DNA from: Gammaproteobacteria bacterium | GTDB taxonomy: Bacteria; Pseudomonadota; Gammaproteobacteria; Steroidobacterales; Steroidobacteraceae | Assembly (NCBI GenBank): GCA_009692245.1 | Contig: SHZN01000001.1 | Location: 1-48,266, forward strand | Length of the DNA stretch: 48,266 bases | Direction of reading: 5' to 3' | Shown here: positions 9,497-18,877 of the stretch, in pieces | Layout of the letters: every line of letters starts with the position of its first letter | How positions within the stretch are numbered: the first letter of the stretch is position 1 | Translations under genes and position numbers: made by a program | Notes under the pieces: generated by a model | Database searches by the model: none | What the model saw: only the letters and a program-made list of their open reading frames with translations | Told to the model about the DNA's origin: nothing

Positions 9497-9540
9497 GCGG
9501 CACCAAGTCACGCGGCACCAAGTCACGGGCACCAAGTCAC
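9484..9540 (+). repeat. Four direct copies of GGCACCAAGTCAC (spacing 15, 15, 14 nt)
   Basis: The copies lie at 9484-9496 (part of the hairpin right arm), 9499-9511, 9514-9526 and 9528-9540. An inverted fifth copy lies at 9425-9437. Confidence 0.95.
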
Positions 9541-9548
9541 GCCAAATC

Positions 9549-11393
9549 TTACCTGTAACCCTTCGCCTGCAGGGAAAACAGCTGCGCGTAGTGCCCGTTC
9601 ACGTGCATCAGGTCATCATGGCTGCCGCGCTCGATGATGCGGCCTTCCTGCAGGACCACGATCTGGTCGGCCATGCGCACCGTGGAGAAGCGATGCGAGA
9701 TGAGGATCGCAATGCGGCCTTTCGTCAGCGTGCGGAAGTGCTCGAATATGGTCGCCTCCGCGCCTGCGTCCATTGCCGCGGTCGGTTCGTCCAGTACCAG
9801 GATGTCTGCACGCGAGCGCATGAAGGCGCGCGACAGGGCAATCTTCTGCCATTGGCCGCCTGACAATTCGCGACCGTCGTTGAACCATTTGCCCAGTGGC
9901 GTCCGGTAGCCCTGCGGAAGCGTGTCGACGATCGGTGCCGCCAGGCCTTTTTCGCCGGCCTCACGCCAGCGTTCTTCGTCCTCGAAGTGCTGCACGTCGC
10001 CGGCGCCGATGTTCTCGCCGAGCATAAGCTGATAGCGCGTGAAATCCTGGAAGATCACCCCGATGCGATCGCGCAGCGCGGTTTCAGCCCATTCGCGCAG
10101 ATCCAGTCCGTCCAGGGTGATGCGCCCGGCGGTCGGCACATACAGCCGGGTCAGCAGCTTGATCAGGGTCGTCTTGCCGGAACCGTTCTCGCCGACCAGG
10201 GCGAGCGACTCGCCCGGCCTGATGTGCAGGTTCACATCGACCAGTGTCGGTTTCTCGGCGTCCGGATAGCTGAAGCTGACATTCTCGAATCGGATTCCGT
10301 CGTCGGGCCTGGGACCACGGATGGCTACGCCCATGCGGTCATCCACCGGCGTTTCGAGATACTCAAACAGTGCTGACAGATAGAGGTTGTCCTCGTACAT
10401 TCCGCCGACGGCGGACAGGATTGCGGACACGGCCGATTGCCCTTGCCGGAACAGCATCAGGTACATCGTCATTTGACCGAGGGTGATGCGGCTCGCGATC
10501 GCGGAGAGGGCAATCCATGCATAGGCTCCGTAAAGAGTTGCGGTCGCGACAAGCCCGAGGAAGAAGCCCCAAGTGTCGCGGCGGATCGTGAGATCACGAT
10601 CCTCCTTGTAGAGCTTGCGGAAGATGTCGCGGTATCGCTCCAGGAACAGCGGCCCGAGCCCGAACAGCTTTACCTCCTTCACATGGTCTTCGCGCGCAAG
10701 TACAGTTTCAAGATACAGCTGCATGCGCGTTTCGGGAGAACGCCACAGGAACAGGCGGAACGCCTGGCCCGAGAATTTCGCCTCTGCCAGGAATGCCGGC
10801 AGTCCCGCGAGAAACAGCAACAGCACCGCCCAGGGCGAGAAGCTGAACAGCAAGGTGCCGAAGCTCATCAGCGATACGGCGTTCTGCCCCAGACCGAAGG
10901 TGCGCGTGACCAATGAGAGCGGCCGGCTCGATGCTTCGCGGCGCGCACGTGTCAGCTTGTCGTAAAAATCCGAGTTTTCGAAATGCGTCAGCTCCAGCGT
11001 CAGTGCCTTTTCCAGAATCATCACGTTGACGCGCTGGCTGAGTTGAGCGCGCAGCAGCGACTGGCACAGGGAAATAGCGCGCTGGGCACCGGCGATCGTC
11101 GCGACCAGCAGGGCTTCGGCGGCGACGAAAACGAGTGCATTCCTGGTAAGCGCGGCGCGCGCCACTTCGTCGGCCTGGATCGCCGCAACGACCGCATCGA
11201 CGATCAGCGCTCCGACGTACGCAACCGCGGCGGGAAGCGTGCCGGCGACCAGCGTCAGCAGTGCGAAGGCAACCGTCAGTGGCCGGCTGGTGGTCCAGAC
11301 CAGTTCCAGCGCACGGCGGCTATAGGCAAAGACGCCAAGAAATCCGCGCGTGAGCTCGGGCTTTGACAGCGTGGATCTGCGCGGTGGATTCAA
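9549..11393 (-). CDS. ABC exporter, fused permease/ATPase (MsbA-like half transporter)
   Basis: 614 aa with an N-terminal 6-TM domain, then Walker A GENGSGKTT, signature LSGGQWQK and Walker B ILVLDEPT. The start codon at 11393 is TTG, 9 nt after the upstream stop, so the start is uncertain. Confidence 0.85.
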   Translation of the reverse strand: MNPPRRSTLSKPELTRGFLGVFAYSRRALELVWTTSRPLTVAFALLTLVAGTLPAAVAYVGALIVDAVVAAIQADEVARAALTRNALVFVAAEALLVATIAGAQRAISLCQSLLRAQLSQRVNVMILEKALTLELTHFENSDFYDKLTRARREASSRPLSLVTRTFGLGQNAVSLMSFGTLLFSFSPWAVLLLFLAGLPAFLAEAKFSGQAFRLFLWRSPETRMQLYLETVLAREDHVKEVKLFGLGPLFLERYRDIFRKLYKEDRDLTIRRDTWGFFLGLVATATLYGAYAWIALSAIASRITLGQMTMYLMLFRQGQSAVSAILSAVGGMYEDNLYLSALFEYLETPVDDRMGVAIRGPRPDDGIRFENVSFSYPDAEKPTLVDVNLHIRPGESLALVGENGSGKTTLIKLLTRLYVPTAGRITLDGLDLREWAETALRDRIGVIFQDFTRYQLMLGENIGAGDVQHFEDEERWREAGEKGLAAPIVDTLPQGYRTPLGKWFNDGRELSGGQWQKIALSRAFMRSRADILVLDEPTAAMDAGAEATIFEHFRTLTKGRIAILISHRFSTVRMADQIVVLQEGRIIERGSHDDLMHVNGHYAQLFSLQAKGYR

Positions 11394-11402
11394 GGAAGGA
11401 TG

Positions 11403-13466
11403 TCAGCGGCCCGGCACCTGCTCCGGCAGGTGCTGGTCGAGCCAGCCCAGTACTTCCTCGTACCACTGCTGGCCGTTGGCCGGCTTCGAAATCCAGTGGT
11501 TCTCGTCCGGGAAATACAGGAACCGGCTCTCGATCCCGCGCCGCTGCAGCGCCGTGAAGGTTGCGAGGCCCTGCGAATACGGTACCCGGTAGTCGAGCGC
11601 TCCATGGATCACGAGCATTGGTGTCTTCCACGCCAGCACATGGTTGGCAGGGTTCACCTTCTCATGGCCGGCGGGGTTGTCGTGGTAGGGACCGCCCGCG
11701 TCCCACTCGGGGAACCACAACTCCTCGGTTGTGTAGTACATCATCCGCAGATCAAACAGGCCGGAATGATTCACGAGGCAGCGAAACCCGTCCGGCCAGT
11801 TGCCCTCGATCCAGTTCATCATGTAGCCGCCGTAGGATGCGCCTAGCGCGCAGGCGCGATCGCCGTCGAGCCACGGGTAGCGCGCGAGCGCGGCGGCGAG
11901 CCCCAGCTTCAGGTCCTCGAGCGGCTTGCCGCCCCAGTCGCCGCTGATCGAATCGGTGAACGCCTGCCCATAGCCCTGTGAACCGTGGAAGTCGATGAAC
12001 ACCGCCGCATACCCCGCGCCCGCGTAAATCTCCGGATTCCAGCGATAGCTCCAGGTATTCGCAAAGCTTGATTGCGGACCGCCGTGCACGATGAAGGCGA
12101 CCGGATAGGACTTGTCGGGCTCCCAGTTCCACGGCTTGACCACATAGCCGTAGACCTGCTCGCCACCGGCGCCGGCAAAGCTGAATTGCTCCGGCTCTCC
12201 GAAGTGGACGTCGGCGAGGCGCGCGGCATTCACCTCGGTCAGCCGCCTCGGTAGCGCACGGCCCTCGATCAGGTAAAGATCGACAGGCGAGGTGAGGCTT
12301 TGCATCGCGAAGAGAATCCGGTCGCCTGCCACGTCGTACTCGGTGACATTGCCTGGCCCGGTCAGCATCCGGCGCGCGCCATCCTTGATTTTGATTGACC
12401 AGATCGGACGCTGCCCGAGATGTTCGGTCACCGCATAAATCTGCCGGCCATCCGCCGAGAACCTGAAGGCAGCTATCGAGCGGTCCCAGTCGCGGGTCGT
12501 GAAGCGCAATGCTCCGGTCGCTGCATCGCGCACGACGAGATGAAAGCGATCGGCCTCGAAGCCGGGCCGATCCATTGCAATGTGCGCGAGCAGCTTGCCG
12601 TCGGGTGAAAACGCCGGCTGGGCATCCCATGCCGGGTTGTCCGGTGTCAGATTGACCGGTGCGGTGCTGCCGTCGGACGGCACGCGATAGACGTCGAAAT
12701 TGGTGGACCAGGGCTCGGTGCGGCCACGGATTCGCGCCGCAAAAATGACCTGGCTGCCGTCGGGGCTGAAATCGTAGTCCGGGCGGTCGCCGAATGGCTT
12801 TGAGGGTACGTTCGCATCCAGCGACCCAGTCAGTGTGACCGGTGACCCCGATGTGTTGTGCTCGCCATCGATTGCGATCGCAAACAACTGCGACACACGT
12901 CCGTCCTGCCACTTGTCCCAGTGCCGCACGAACAGCTGGTCATAGCCCTGCCCATGCTGCTTTGCGCTTTTTTGCTCATCGAGCCGCTTGCGCGTGCAAT
13001 CGAGGTCGCTGCAGTCAGGGAAGACCTCGATCCCGAACAACAGCCGGTCGCCACGCGGAGAAATCCTGAAGCTACTGACATCGAGCGGCAGGCGTGTGAC
13101 CTGGGTTGCTTCACCCCCGGCGATCGGCAGGTACCAGACCTGCGTCGAGCCTCCACGCGCCGACAGGAAATAAATGCCGCCGCCATCGGGCGCCCAGTCG
13201 GCTGCCGTGTCGTTCTCCTCACTGCTCGTCAACCGGCGTGGCGTGGATACGCCATCGGTGCCAATCAGCCAGAGGTCGCTGCGACCGCGATCGGCCGCGA
13301 GATCCGTGTCGCGTAGCGTGTAGATGGCGCTTCGTCCGTCCGGCGAGAGCTGCGCCCCGGAGACGCGCGCAAGCGCCACCAGGTCTGCCGCATTCAGGCC
13401 GTGGGATGCGGCGAATGAGGGCAGCGAGAGGGTCGCCATCGCGGCGGCAAGCAGCAGGCGTCGCAT
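11403..13466 (-). CDS. Secreted S9 family serine peptidase (prolyl oligopeptidase / acylaminoacyl-peptidase type)
   Basis: Signal peptide MRRLLLAAAMATLSLPSFAA, a beta-propeller-like N-terminal half and the nucleophile elbow GASYGGYM, with a downstream Asp/His region (HGALDYRVP...DENHW). ATG 13466 has GGAGA about 9 nt upstream. Confidence 0.85.
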   Translation of the reverse strand: MRRLLLAAAMATLSLPSFAASHGLNAADLVALARVSGAQLSPDGRSAIYTLRDTDLAADRGRSDLWLIGTDGVSTPRRLTSSEENDTAADWAPDGGGIYFLSARGGSTQVWYLPIAGGEATQVTRLPLDVSSFRISPRGDRLLFGIEVFPDCSDLDCTRKRLDEQKSAKQHGQGYDQLFVRHWDKWQDGRVSQLFAIAIDGEHNTSGSPVTLTGSLDANVPSKPFGDRPDYDFSPDGSQVIFAARIRGRTEPWSTNFDVYRVPSDGSTAPVNLTPDNPAWDAQPAFSPDGKLLAHIAMDRPGFEADRFHLVVRDAATGALRFTTRDWDRSIAAFRFSADGRQIYAVTEHLGQRPIWSIKIKDGARRMLTGPGNVTEYDVAGDRILFAMQSLTSPVDLYLIEGRALPRRLTEVNAARLADVHFGEPEQFSFAGAGGEQVYGYVVKPWNWEPDKSYPVAFIVHGGPQSSFANTWSYRWNPEIYAGAGYAAVFIDFHGSQGYGQAFTDSISGDWGGKPLEDLKLGLAAALARYPWLDGDRACALGASYGGYMMNWIEGNWPDGFRCLVNHSGLFDLRMMYYTTEELWFPEWDAGGPYHDNPAGHEKVNPANHVLAWKTPMLVIHGALDYRVPYSQGLATFTALQRRGIESRFLYFPDENHWISKPANGQQWYEEVLGWLDQHLPEQVPGR

Positions 13467-13504
13467 GATTCGGGTCTCCGGCGGGATTCTGACCGGCGAT
13501 TCTA

Positions 13505-14692
13505 TCAAGCGCTTCCAGCCACGCGCGGCCGGATCAGGCCGAACACGCTCGAGAATCCGTGCAGGAAAGTCGCGCCCTGGATCGGAGCGATCTCTCCGGC
13601 GCAGAACATGCCGGCGACCGGAACATCCACGATTCGACGCAATGCGGCGGAATCATGACCGGGAACGCCGAACAGGTTGCGGCCGCGTGCCGCACAGGCA
13701 AAAAGGAGCGCAGCCACGGGTGGCAGGCGTCCGTCGAGCGCAGTGCCGAGACGCGCCGACAGTTCGCGTGATGCCGCATCGCCGTCACGGACGTGAAATT
13801 GCACGACGGCATTTCGTGCCAGGCGCGCACCGATCCACAGCGCACCAGTGTCCGGGTCGAGTCCCAGCACATTCCGGATCAGGAACTCACCCGTGCCGAC
13901 GTTCTGGCCGGGGCCGGGCAGTGCGAGGCCGATGCACAGCGAGTCCCCGAAGAGTTCGCGATCACGCTCGTCGAGACTCGCGAACAGGGTGGCCAGCAGT
14001 TCCCTCGGCCTGCGGCCATCCAGTTCGCGCAGCAGATTGCCGTCACAGGCGGTTACGAAGAACGGCTCGCCGATCGCGCGGCATCCTTGCGCAATGACTG
14101 GATCGATCACGACATTTCCCGTCAACGCGAGCAGCAGGCCTCCCGACCGGTGGACCTCGCGATTTTCAAACAACCGTGCGTCGCCCGGTTCGGATGCACC
14201 GCTAGCCAGGCCGCCAACGACGGCTGTGCCGGGGAATGCGCGGTCAATTCCCCGCGCACAGACCTCCGCGTCGATGGTCGCCGGATCTGTCAGGAGCAGA
14301 AAGCTTGCCGCCGATTCCGGGGAGAGGTCGAGGAGTCTCCACCAGATTTCCCGCGTGGCGGTGAGTGGCGGCAATGTCGCCTGCTCGAGATGCAGCGCCG
14401 TCAATGTCACGTCGCCGAGCCGGCCTGCCAGTATCGCGACGCCCGGTTCCTCTTCCTCTTCACTGTCCCCACCGATCAGGCCGCCGGCATTGCAGCCGAA
14501 CAGGAGGCCCTTGCCGAGCCACGGGTCGAGAATCTGCGGTAGCCGTTCCATGGCTGCGCCATAAGCGGCTGATACAAAAGCAATCACCAGATCTGGCCGG
14601 GTCATTCCCGACTCGACTGTCAATTGCTCGAGTGCCTCGTTGGCGGCCGATTCAAGATCCTGACCAAGGCCGATCGTGCTTGCCCACTTCAT
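13505..14692 (-). CDS. FIST domain (FIST_N + FIST_C) sensory protein
   Basis: 395 aa. Its length and sequence pattern (N-terminal MKWAST...DLVIAFVS, central GCNAGGLIG, C-terminal GMFCAGEIAP) are typical of FIST-domain proteins. Confidence 0.65.
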   Translation of the reverse strand: MKWASTIGLGQDLESAANEALEQLTVESGMTRPDLVIAFVSAAYGAAMERLPQILDPWLGKGLLFGCNAGGLIGGDSEEEEEPGVAILAGRLGDVTLTALHLEQATLPPLTATREIWWRLLDLSPESAASFLLLTDPATIDAEVCARGIDRAFPGTAVVGGLASGASEPGDARLFENREVHRSGGLLLALTGNVVIDPVIAQGCRAIGEPFFVTACDGNLLRELDGRRPRELLATLFASLDERDRELFGDSLCIGLALPGPGQNVGTGEFLIRNVLGLDPDTGALWIGARLARNAVVQFHVRDGDAASRELSARLGTALDGRLPPVAALLFACAARGRNLFGVPGHDSAALRRIVDVPVAGMFCAGEIAPIQGATFLHGFSSVFGLIRPRVAGSA

Positions 14693-14704
14693 GGAAGGAC
14701 CGGT

Positions 14705-15367
14705 TCAGGCACCGGCGCCGACTTCATCCTGCGGAATGAAGATTGATTCCAGCTCCGAGGCGCGTATCCACTGCTGCAGATGCTCATCGTCAAGCATCGT
14801 TTCGAGGTAGCGCGCTGCAAGCGCGCTGAGTGGCAGGCCGTAGGTTCTCACCCGCAATGCAACTGGCGCGTACATCGCATCGGCAATGCCGAAGGCGCCG
14901 AAAAGCCAGGGACCCCGTTCGCCGTGATCGCGCCGGCAACCGGACCAGATGGCGTCGATCCGGCGCAGGTCCTGTTCGAGCGGTGGTGTCATTGCGACCT
15001 GCCTGCCGGTGGCGCGTGCATTCATCGGGCAGTTGTCGCGCAAGGCCCCGAACCCGGCGTGCATCTCATGCGCTATGGAACGGGCCTGCGCGCGCAATCC
15101 TGGATCGGCCGGCCAGCCGCGGCCGCCGGCCAGCTCGGAGGCGTATTCGCAGATTGCGACCGACTCCCATACCCGCAGTTCATCGTGCAGCAGCACCGGT
15201 ACCCGGCGCGTCGGGGAGATCTTCGGGATTTCGCTTTCGAATTCGGGCGTACCGAAATGGTACTGCCTTTCAGTGAACTCGAGATCAAGGTGCTTCAACA
15301 GCAACCAGGGCCGCAACGACCAGGAGCTGTAGTTCTTTGTTCCAATGACCAGCACGTGCCCGCTCAT
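14705..15367 (-). CDS. Glutathione S-transferase family protein
   Basis: The N-terminal thioredoxin-like GST domain (NYSSWSLRPWLLLKHL...RRVPVL...VWESVAICEY) is followed by a helical C-terminal domain. I preferred ATG 15367 over the TTG at 15403. Confidence 0.8.
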   Translation of the reverse strand: MSGHVLVIGTKNYSSWSLRPWLLLKHLDLEFTERQYHFGTPEFESEIPKISPTRRVPVLLHDELRVWESVAICEYASELAGGRGWPADPGLRAQARSIAHEMHAGFGALRDNCPMNARATGRQVAMTPPLEQDLRRIDAIWSGCRRDHGERGPWLFGAFGIADAMYAPVALRVRTYGLPLSALAARYLETMLDDEHLQQWIRASELESIFIPQDEVGAGA

Positions 15368-15399
15368 GCCGGCGAGCCTGCGCGTCTGGCCGGGGCCGG

Positions 15400-15765
15400 T
15401 CAATCCTCTTTGGGCTTGCGGCTCTGGATCCAGGTCGAGAGTTTTCGCAGGTCTTTCTTCTTCTTGAATTGCTTCTTCGCCAGCAACCCGCTGTCGTAGG
15501 GGTCGTAACCCCTCTTCATGCCCTGGGGATTCTTCTTGACCGGCCGGTTCATGCTCTGGGCGAAGTCATCGGTAATCGCGAGGGTGGGGACATTCAGCAG
15601 GCGCAACATCTCGTCCCCGCTCAGCGCCGCCGTGCTCGGCACCCAGATGGCATTGCCAAGTTCATCGAACTCGATCTTGCCGCGGCCGAGGCGTTGCTCT
15701 TCCGCGTAGTGGGTCATCTCGAGCGTATCGCTCGAGATCTTTTTGAGGTTTTCGGCGCCGCCCAT
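15400..15765 (-). CDS. Hypothetical protein with a lysine-rich C-terminal tail; start uncertain (15828, 15765 or 15717)
   Basis: The ORF is kept because the region is otherwise unexplained and the codon usage looks coding. I recognised no family. Confidence 0.35.
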   Translation of the reverse strand: MGGAENLKKISSDTLEMTHYAEEQRLGRGKIEFDELGNAIWVPSTAALSGDEMLRLLNVPTLAITDDFAQSMNRPVKKNPQGMKRGYDPYDSGLLAKKQFKKKKDLRKLSTWIQSRKPKED

Positions 15766-15885
15766 GTCGCAAAGATTCCTGCAAATAAGGTCTTCCAGGC
15801 GAAACGCTATATAAGCGCAGCCCGTCAAACCGAGATTGGCTTCACATATTCAGACCGTACGCCGCCGGTCGCCGACCGCCGGGGA

Positions 15886-15901
15886 CTGGATGTATATACA
15901 G
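15886..15901. promoter_or_regulatory. Candidate LexA (SOS) box CTGGATGTATATACAG
   Basis: It matches CTG-N10-CAG with an AT-rich core (gammaproteobacterial consensus CTGT-N8-ACAG, one mismatch). It lies 20 nt upstream of the GTG start of the UvrD-family helicase. Confidence 0.45.
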
Positions 15902-15921
15902 TCGCTCGTTACCATGGCCGG

Positions 15922-17994
15922 GTGACGCCGTCCTCCCACCTGCAGCGGCTCAACGAGGCACAGCGCCAGGCGGCCTGCTTCGGTGAACGCCGCGCCGGGG
16001 GACCATTCACTGCGCCGGCTTTGCTCGTCATCGCGGGCGCGGGGACCGGAAAGACGAACACATTGGCGCATCGCGTCGCGCAACTCGTGATCGAGGGTAT
16101 CGACCCGGCGCGGATCCTGCTGCTGACATTTACGCGCCGGGCCGCGCTCGAGATGACACGCCGCGCGGAGCGCATCGTCAGCGAGGTGCTGCACCAGGGC
16201 AGGCATGCAGCCGTGCGTCTGCCCTGGTCGGGCACCTTTCATTCCATCGCGAACCGCTTGTTGCGCGAATACGCGCAGGCGCTCGGCATCGCGCAGGATT
16301 TCAGCGTGATGGATCGCGGCGATGCCGCCGATCTCATCGACCTGCTTCGCCACGAGCGCGGTCTCTCGGCGCAAAAACGCCGGTTTCCCAGGAAGGACAC
16401 CTGCCTTGCGATCTATTCGCATCGCGTGAATGGCGGCCGCGCGCTCGAGGACGTCCTGCACGAAGGCTTCCCGTGGTGCGAGGACTGGTTGGAAGAACTG
16501 CGCGGCCTGTTTCGTGAATTCGTGGATCGCAAGCAGGCGAATGCGGTGCTCGACTATGACGACTTGTTGCTGTACTGGCATGCGCTGATGCAGGAGCAGG
16601 CGCTCGCGGCGGAGGTCGGTGCCCGTTTCGATCATGTGCTCGTCGACGAGTACCAGGATGTCAACCGGCTGCAGGCCGACATCGTGCTGGCCCTCAAGCC
16701 GGGCGGCGCCGGCATCACGGTGGTCGGCGACGATGCCCAGGCGATCTACTCATTCCGGGCAGCATCGGTCGGGAACATCCTGGAATGCCCGGATCGCTGC
16801 GACCCGCGCGCGTCCGTGATTGCACTGGAGCGCAATTACCGCTCCAGCCAGCCGCTGCTGGATGCGGCAAATGCCTTGATCGCGGGCGCCGATCGCCAGT
16901 ACCGGAAGACACTCACCGCTGCGCGCGGCGGCGGGGCCCGACCGCGGCTCGTTACCGTGCTGGACGACCGCCAGCAGGCGGACTATGTCGTGCAAGGCGT
17001 GCTGCAAAGTCGGGAAGCGGGCACCCTGTTGCGGCGCCAGGCCGTGCTGTTTCGCAGTTCGGATCACAGCGACTGGCTCGAGATCGAGCTGATGCGGGCC
17101 AACATCCCCTACGTCAAGTACGGGGGATTGCGATTCCTGGAGGCCGCGCACGTCAAGGACCTGCTCGCGGTGCTGCGCTGGGCGGACAATCCCAGGAACG
17201 GGCTTGCCGCATTCCGCGTGCTGCAATTGCCGGCGGGCATGGGACCGGCCAATGCCGCGCGCATGTGGCAACGCGTTGCAGGCGCCGGATTCCGTCTCAC
17301 GGAGCTGGCGGCATGCGATCCACCGGCGGCGACAGCGGAATCCTGGCCGGCGTTTTGCGAAATGCTCGCGGCGCTATCCGATCCACGCACCGCCTGGCCG
17401 GGCCAGGTCGAATGCGTGCGTGCCTGGTACGAGCCGCAGCTCCCGCGCCTCTACGAATCGGCTGGTGTGCGCGCAGCCGATCTCGACATGCTGGAGCAGC
17501 TATCACCGCAGTACGGGAGTCGCGAACGATTCCTGACCGAGCTGACACTCGACCCACCGAGTGCGAGCGGCGAGCTCGCAGGTCCGCCGTTGCTGGACGA
17601 AGACTACCTGGTGCTGTCCACAGTGCATTCGGCCAAGGGCCAGGAATGGGATGCGGTCTACGTGCTGAATGTCACCGACGGAAATTTCCCGTCGGAATTC
17701 GCAACCGGCAAGGCGGATGCCGTCGACGAGGAGCGGCGGCTCCTGTATGTCGCGATGACGCGCGCGCGCGATGAGCTGCACCTGATCGAGCCGCTGCGTT
17801 ACTACGTGACGCAGCAGCCGCGCACTGGCGACCGTCATGTCTACGGCGCTCGCAGCCGGTTCCTCGACGCGGCGGTTCTCGCCACGCTTGATCGCGCGAG
17901 CTGGCCGGAAGGGTCGGAAGCGCCGGTCGCTCAGACCGCCGCCGCAGCAACGACGCGGGTCGACGTTGCCGAACGCCTCAAGGCCCTTTGGTAA
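15922..17994 (+). CDS. UvrD/Rep/PcrA-family ATP-dependent DNA helicase
   Basis: Motifs seen are Walker A AGAGTGKT, TFTRRAA, DEYQD, VVGDDAQAIYSFR, ERNYRS, TVHSAKGQEWD and YVAMTRAR. I chose GTG 15922 because the upstream part of the track ORF overlaps the divergent gene and the promoter region. Confidence 0.85.
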   Translation: MTPSSHLQRLNEAQRQAACFGERRAGGPFTAPALLVIAGAGTGKTNTLAHRVAQLVIEGIDPARILLLTFTRRAALEMTRRAERIVSEVLHQGRHAAVRLPWSGTFHSIANRLLREYAQALGIAQDFSVMDRGDAADLIDLLRHERGLSAQKRRFPRKDTCLAIYSHRVNGGRALEDVLHEGFPWCEDWLEELRGLFREFVDRKQANAVLDYDDLLLYWHALMQEQALAAEVGARFDHVLVDEYQDVNRLQADIVLALKPGGAGITVVGDDAQAIYSFRAASVGNILECPDRCDPRASVIALERNYRSSQPLLDAANALIAGADRQYRKTLTAARGGGARPRLVTVLDDRQQADYVVQGVLQSREAGTLLRRQAVLFRSSDHSDWLEIELMRANIPYVKYGGLRFLEAAHVKDLLAVLRWADNPRNGLAAFRVLQLPAGMGPANAARMWQRVAGAGFRLTELAACDPPAATAESWPAFCEMLAALSDPRTAWPGQVECVRAWYEPQLPRLYESAGVRAADLDMLEQLSPQYGSRERFLTELTLDPPSASGELAGPPLLDEDYLVLSTVHSAKGQEWDAVYVLNVTDGNFPSEFATGKADAVDEERRLLYVAMTRARDELHLIEPLRYYVTQQPRTGDRHVYGARSRFLDAAVLATLDRASWPEGSEAPVAQTAAAATTRVDVAERLKALW

Positions 17995-17997
17995 TCC

Positions 17998-18864
17998 TCA
18001 GAGCGGCTTGCGGAAGCGCAGCGTGAAGCGGTCGCTCTCGCCGATCGCCGCGTAGCGTTCGCGGTTTACATCACCCTCGCGGAATGACGGCGGCAGCGAC
18101 CAGACGCCCTCCGGATGGTCCTTGGTGTCCTTCGGGTTTGCGTTGATGTCGCTGCGCCCGATCAGCTCGAATCCCGCGGCCTGGGCAAGCGCAATGGCGT
18201 AATCCTCGCGAACGTAGCCGCTTTTGGCGCTCGGATCCTGCGGCAACTTGTCTGCTGCGCGGTGCTCGACCATGCCGAGGATGCCGCCGGACTTCAGTGC
18301 CCTGAACATCGCCGCCAGCATCGGCTGGGCGGCATCGCGCGACATCCAGTTGTGCAGATTCCGGAAGGTCAGCACCATGTCGACGCTGCCGTCGGGAACG
18401 GGTTTCAATTCGTTCGGATACTGCAGCGCCGTCACGGTCGCCTTGCCGTACATATCGGGTCGGGATGCCAGCTTGTCGGCATAGGCCTTCATGTTGTCCA
18501 GGGTGTACTTGCTGTCTGTCTTCGGATCCCAGCTGGCCGCGATGTAGCGGCCGTGATCACGCAGCAGCGGCGCCAGCACCTCGGTGTACCAGCCGCCGCC
18601 GCCCGGCCAGACTTCCATGACCGTCATGTCCTGGCGCAGTCCGAAGAATGTGAGCGTTTCATTCGGGTGGCGATAGACATCCCGCGCGCGATTGGCGGCG
18701 GAGCGGTGATCGCCGGAGAGCGTTTTCTCGAGCGCGGCGGTCGTCGCCGCGTCGGTCACCGGTGCAGCGCCCGCCCCCGCGGTCGTGGCGCCCTGACTGG
18801 CGCAGGCAGCGAGGAGCGTGGCTGATATGACGGACGCGGCAAGAAGTGTGCGCGGCATGGGCAT
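17998..18864 (-). CDS. Exported (lipoprotein-type signal) class I SAM-dependent methyltransferase
   Basis: The lipobox-like LLAACAS follows a hydrophobic N-terminus. A Rossmann-type motif region is present (VMEVWPGGGWYT, DMVLTFRNLHNW, LKSGGILGMVEH). Confidence 0.6.
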   Translation of the reverse strand: MPMPRTLLAASVISATLLAACASQGATTAGAGAAPVTDAATTAALEKTLSGDHRSAANRARDVYRHPNETLTFFGLRQDMTVMEVWPGGGGWYTEVLAPLLRDHGRYIAASWDPKTDSKYTLDNMKAYADKLASRPDMYGKATVTALQYPNELKPVPDGSVDMVLTFRNLHNWMSRDAAQPMLAAMFRALKSGGILGMVEHRAADKLPQDPSAKSGYVREDYAIALAQAAGFELIGRSDINANPKDTKDHPEGVWSLPPSFREGDVNRERYAAIGESDRFTLRFRKPL

Positions 18865-18877
18865 AGTGTGACTCCGA

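Noticed and set aside
9484-9540. Short direct repeats considered as a possible CRISPR array
   Set aside because: The 13-nt units are separated by only 1-2 nt, so there are no spacers. Only four copies are present and no cas genes are nearby. This is a tandem repeat, not a CRISPR array.
15469-15921. Upstream 151 codons of the helicase track ORF
   Set aside because: This part overlaps the divergent minus-strand ORF and the LexA-box region and lacks helicase similarity. The conserved N-terminus begins just after GTG 15922.
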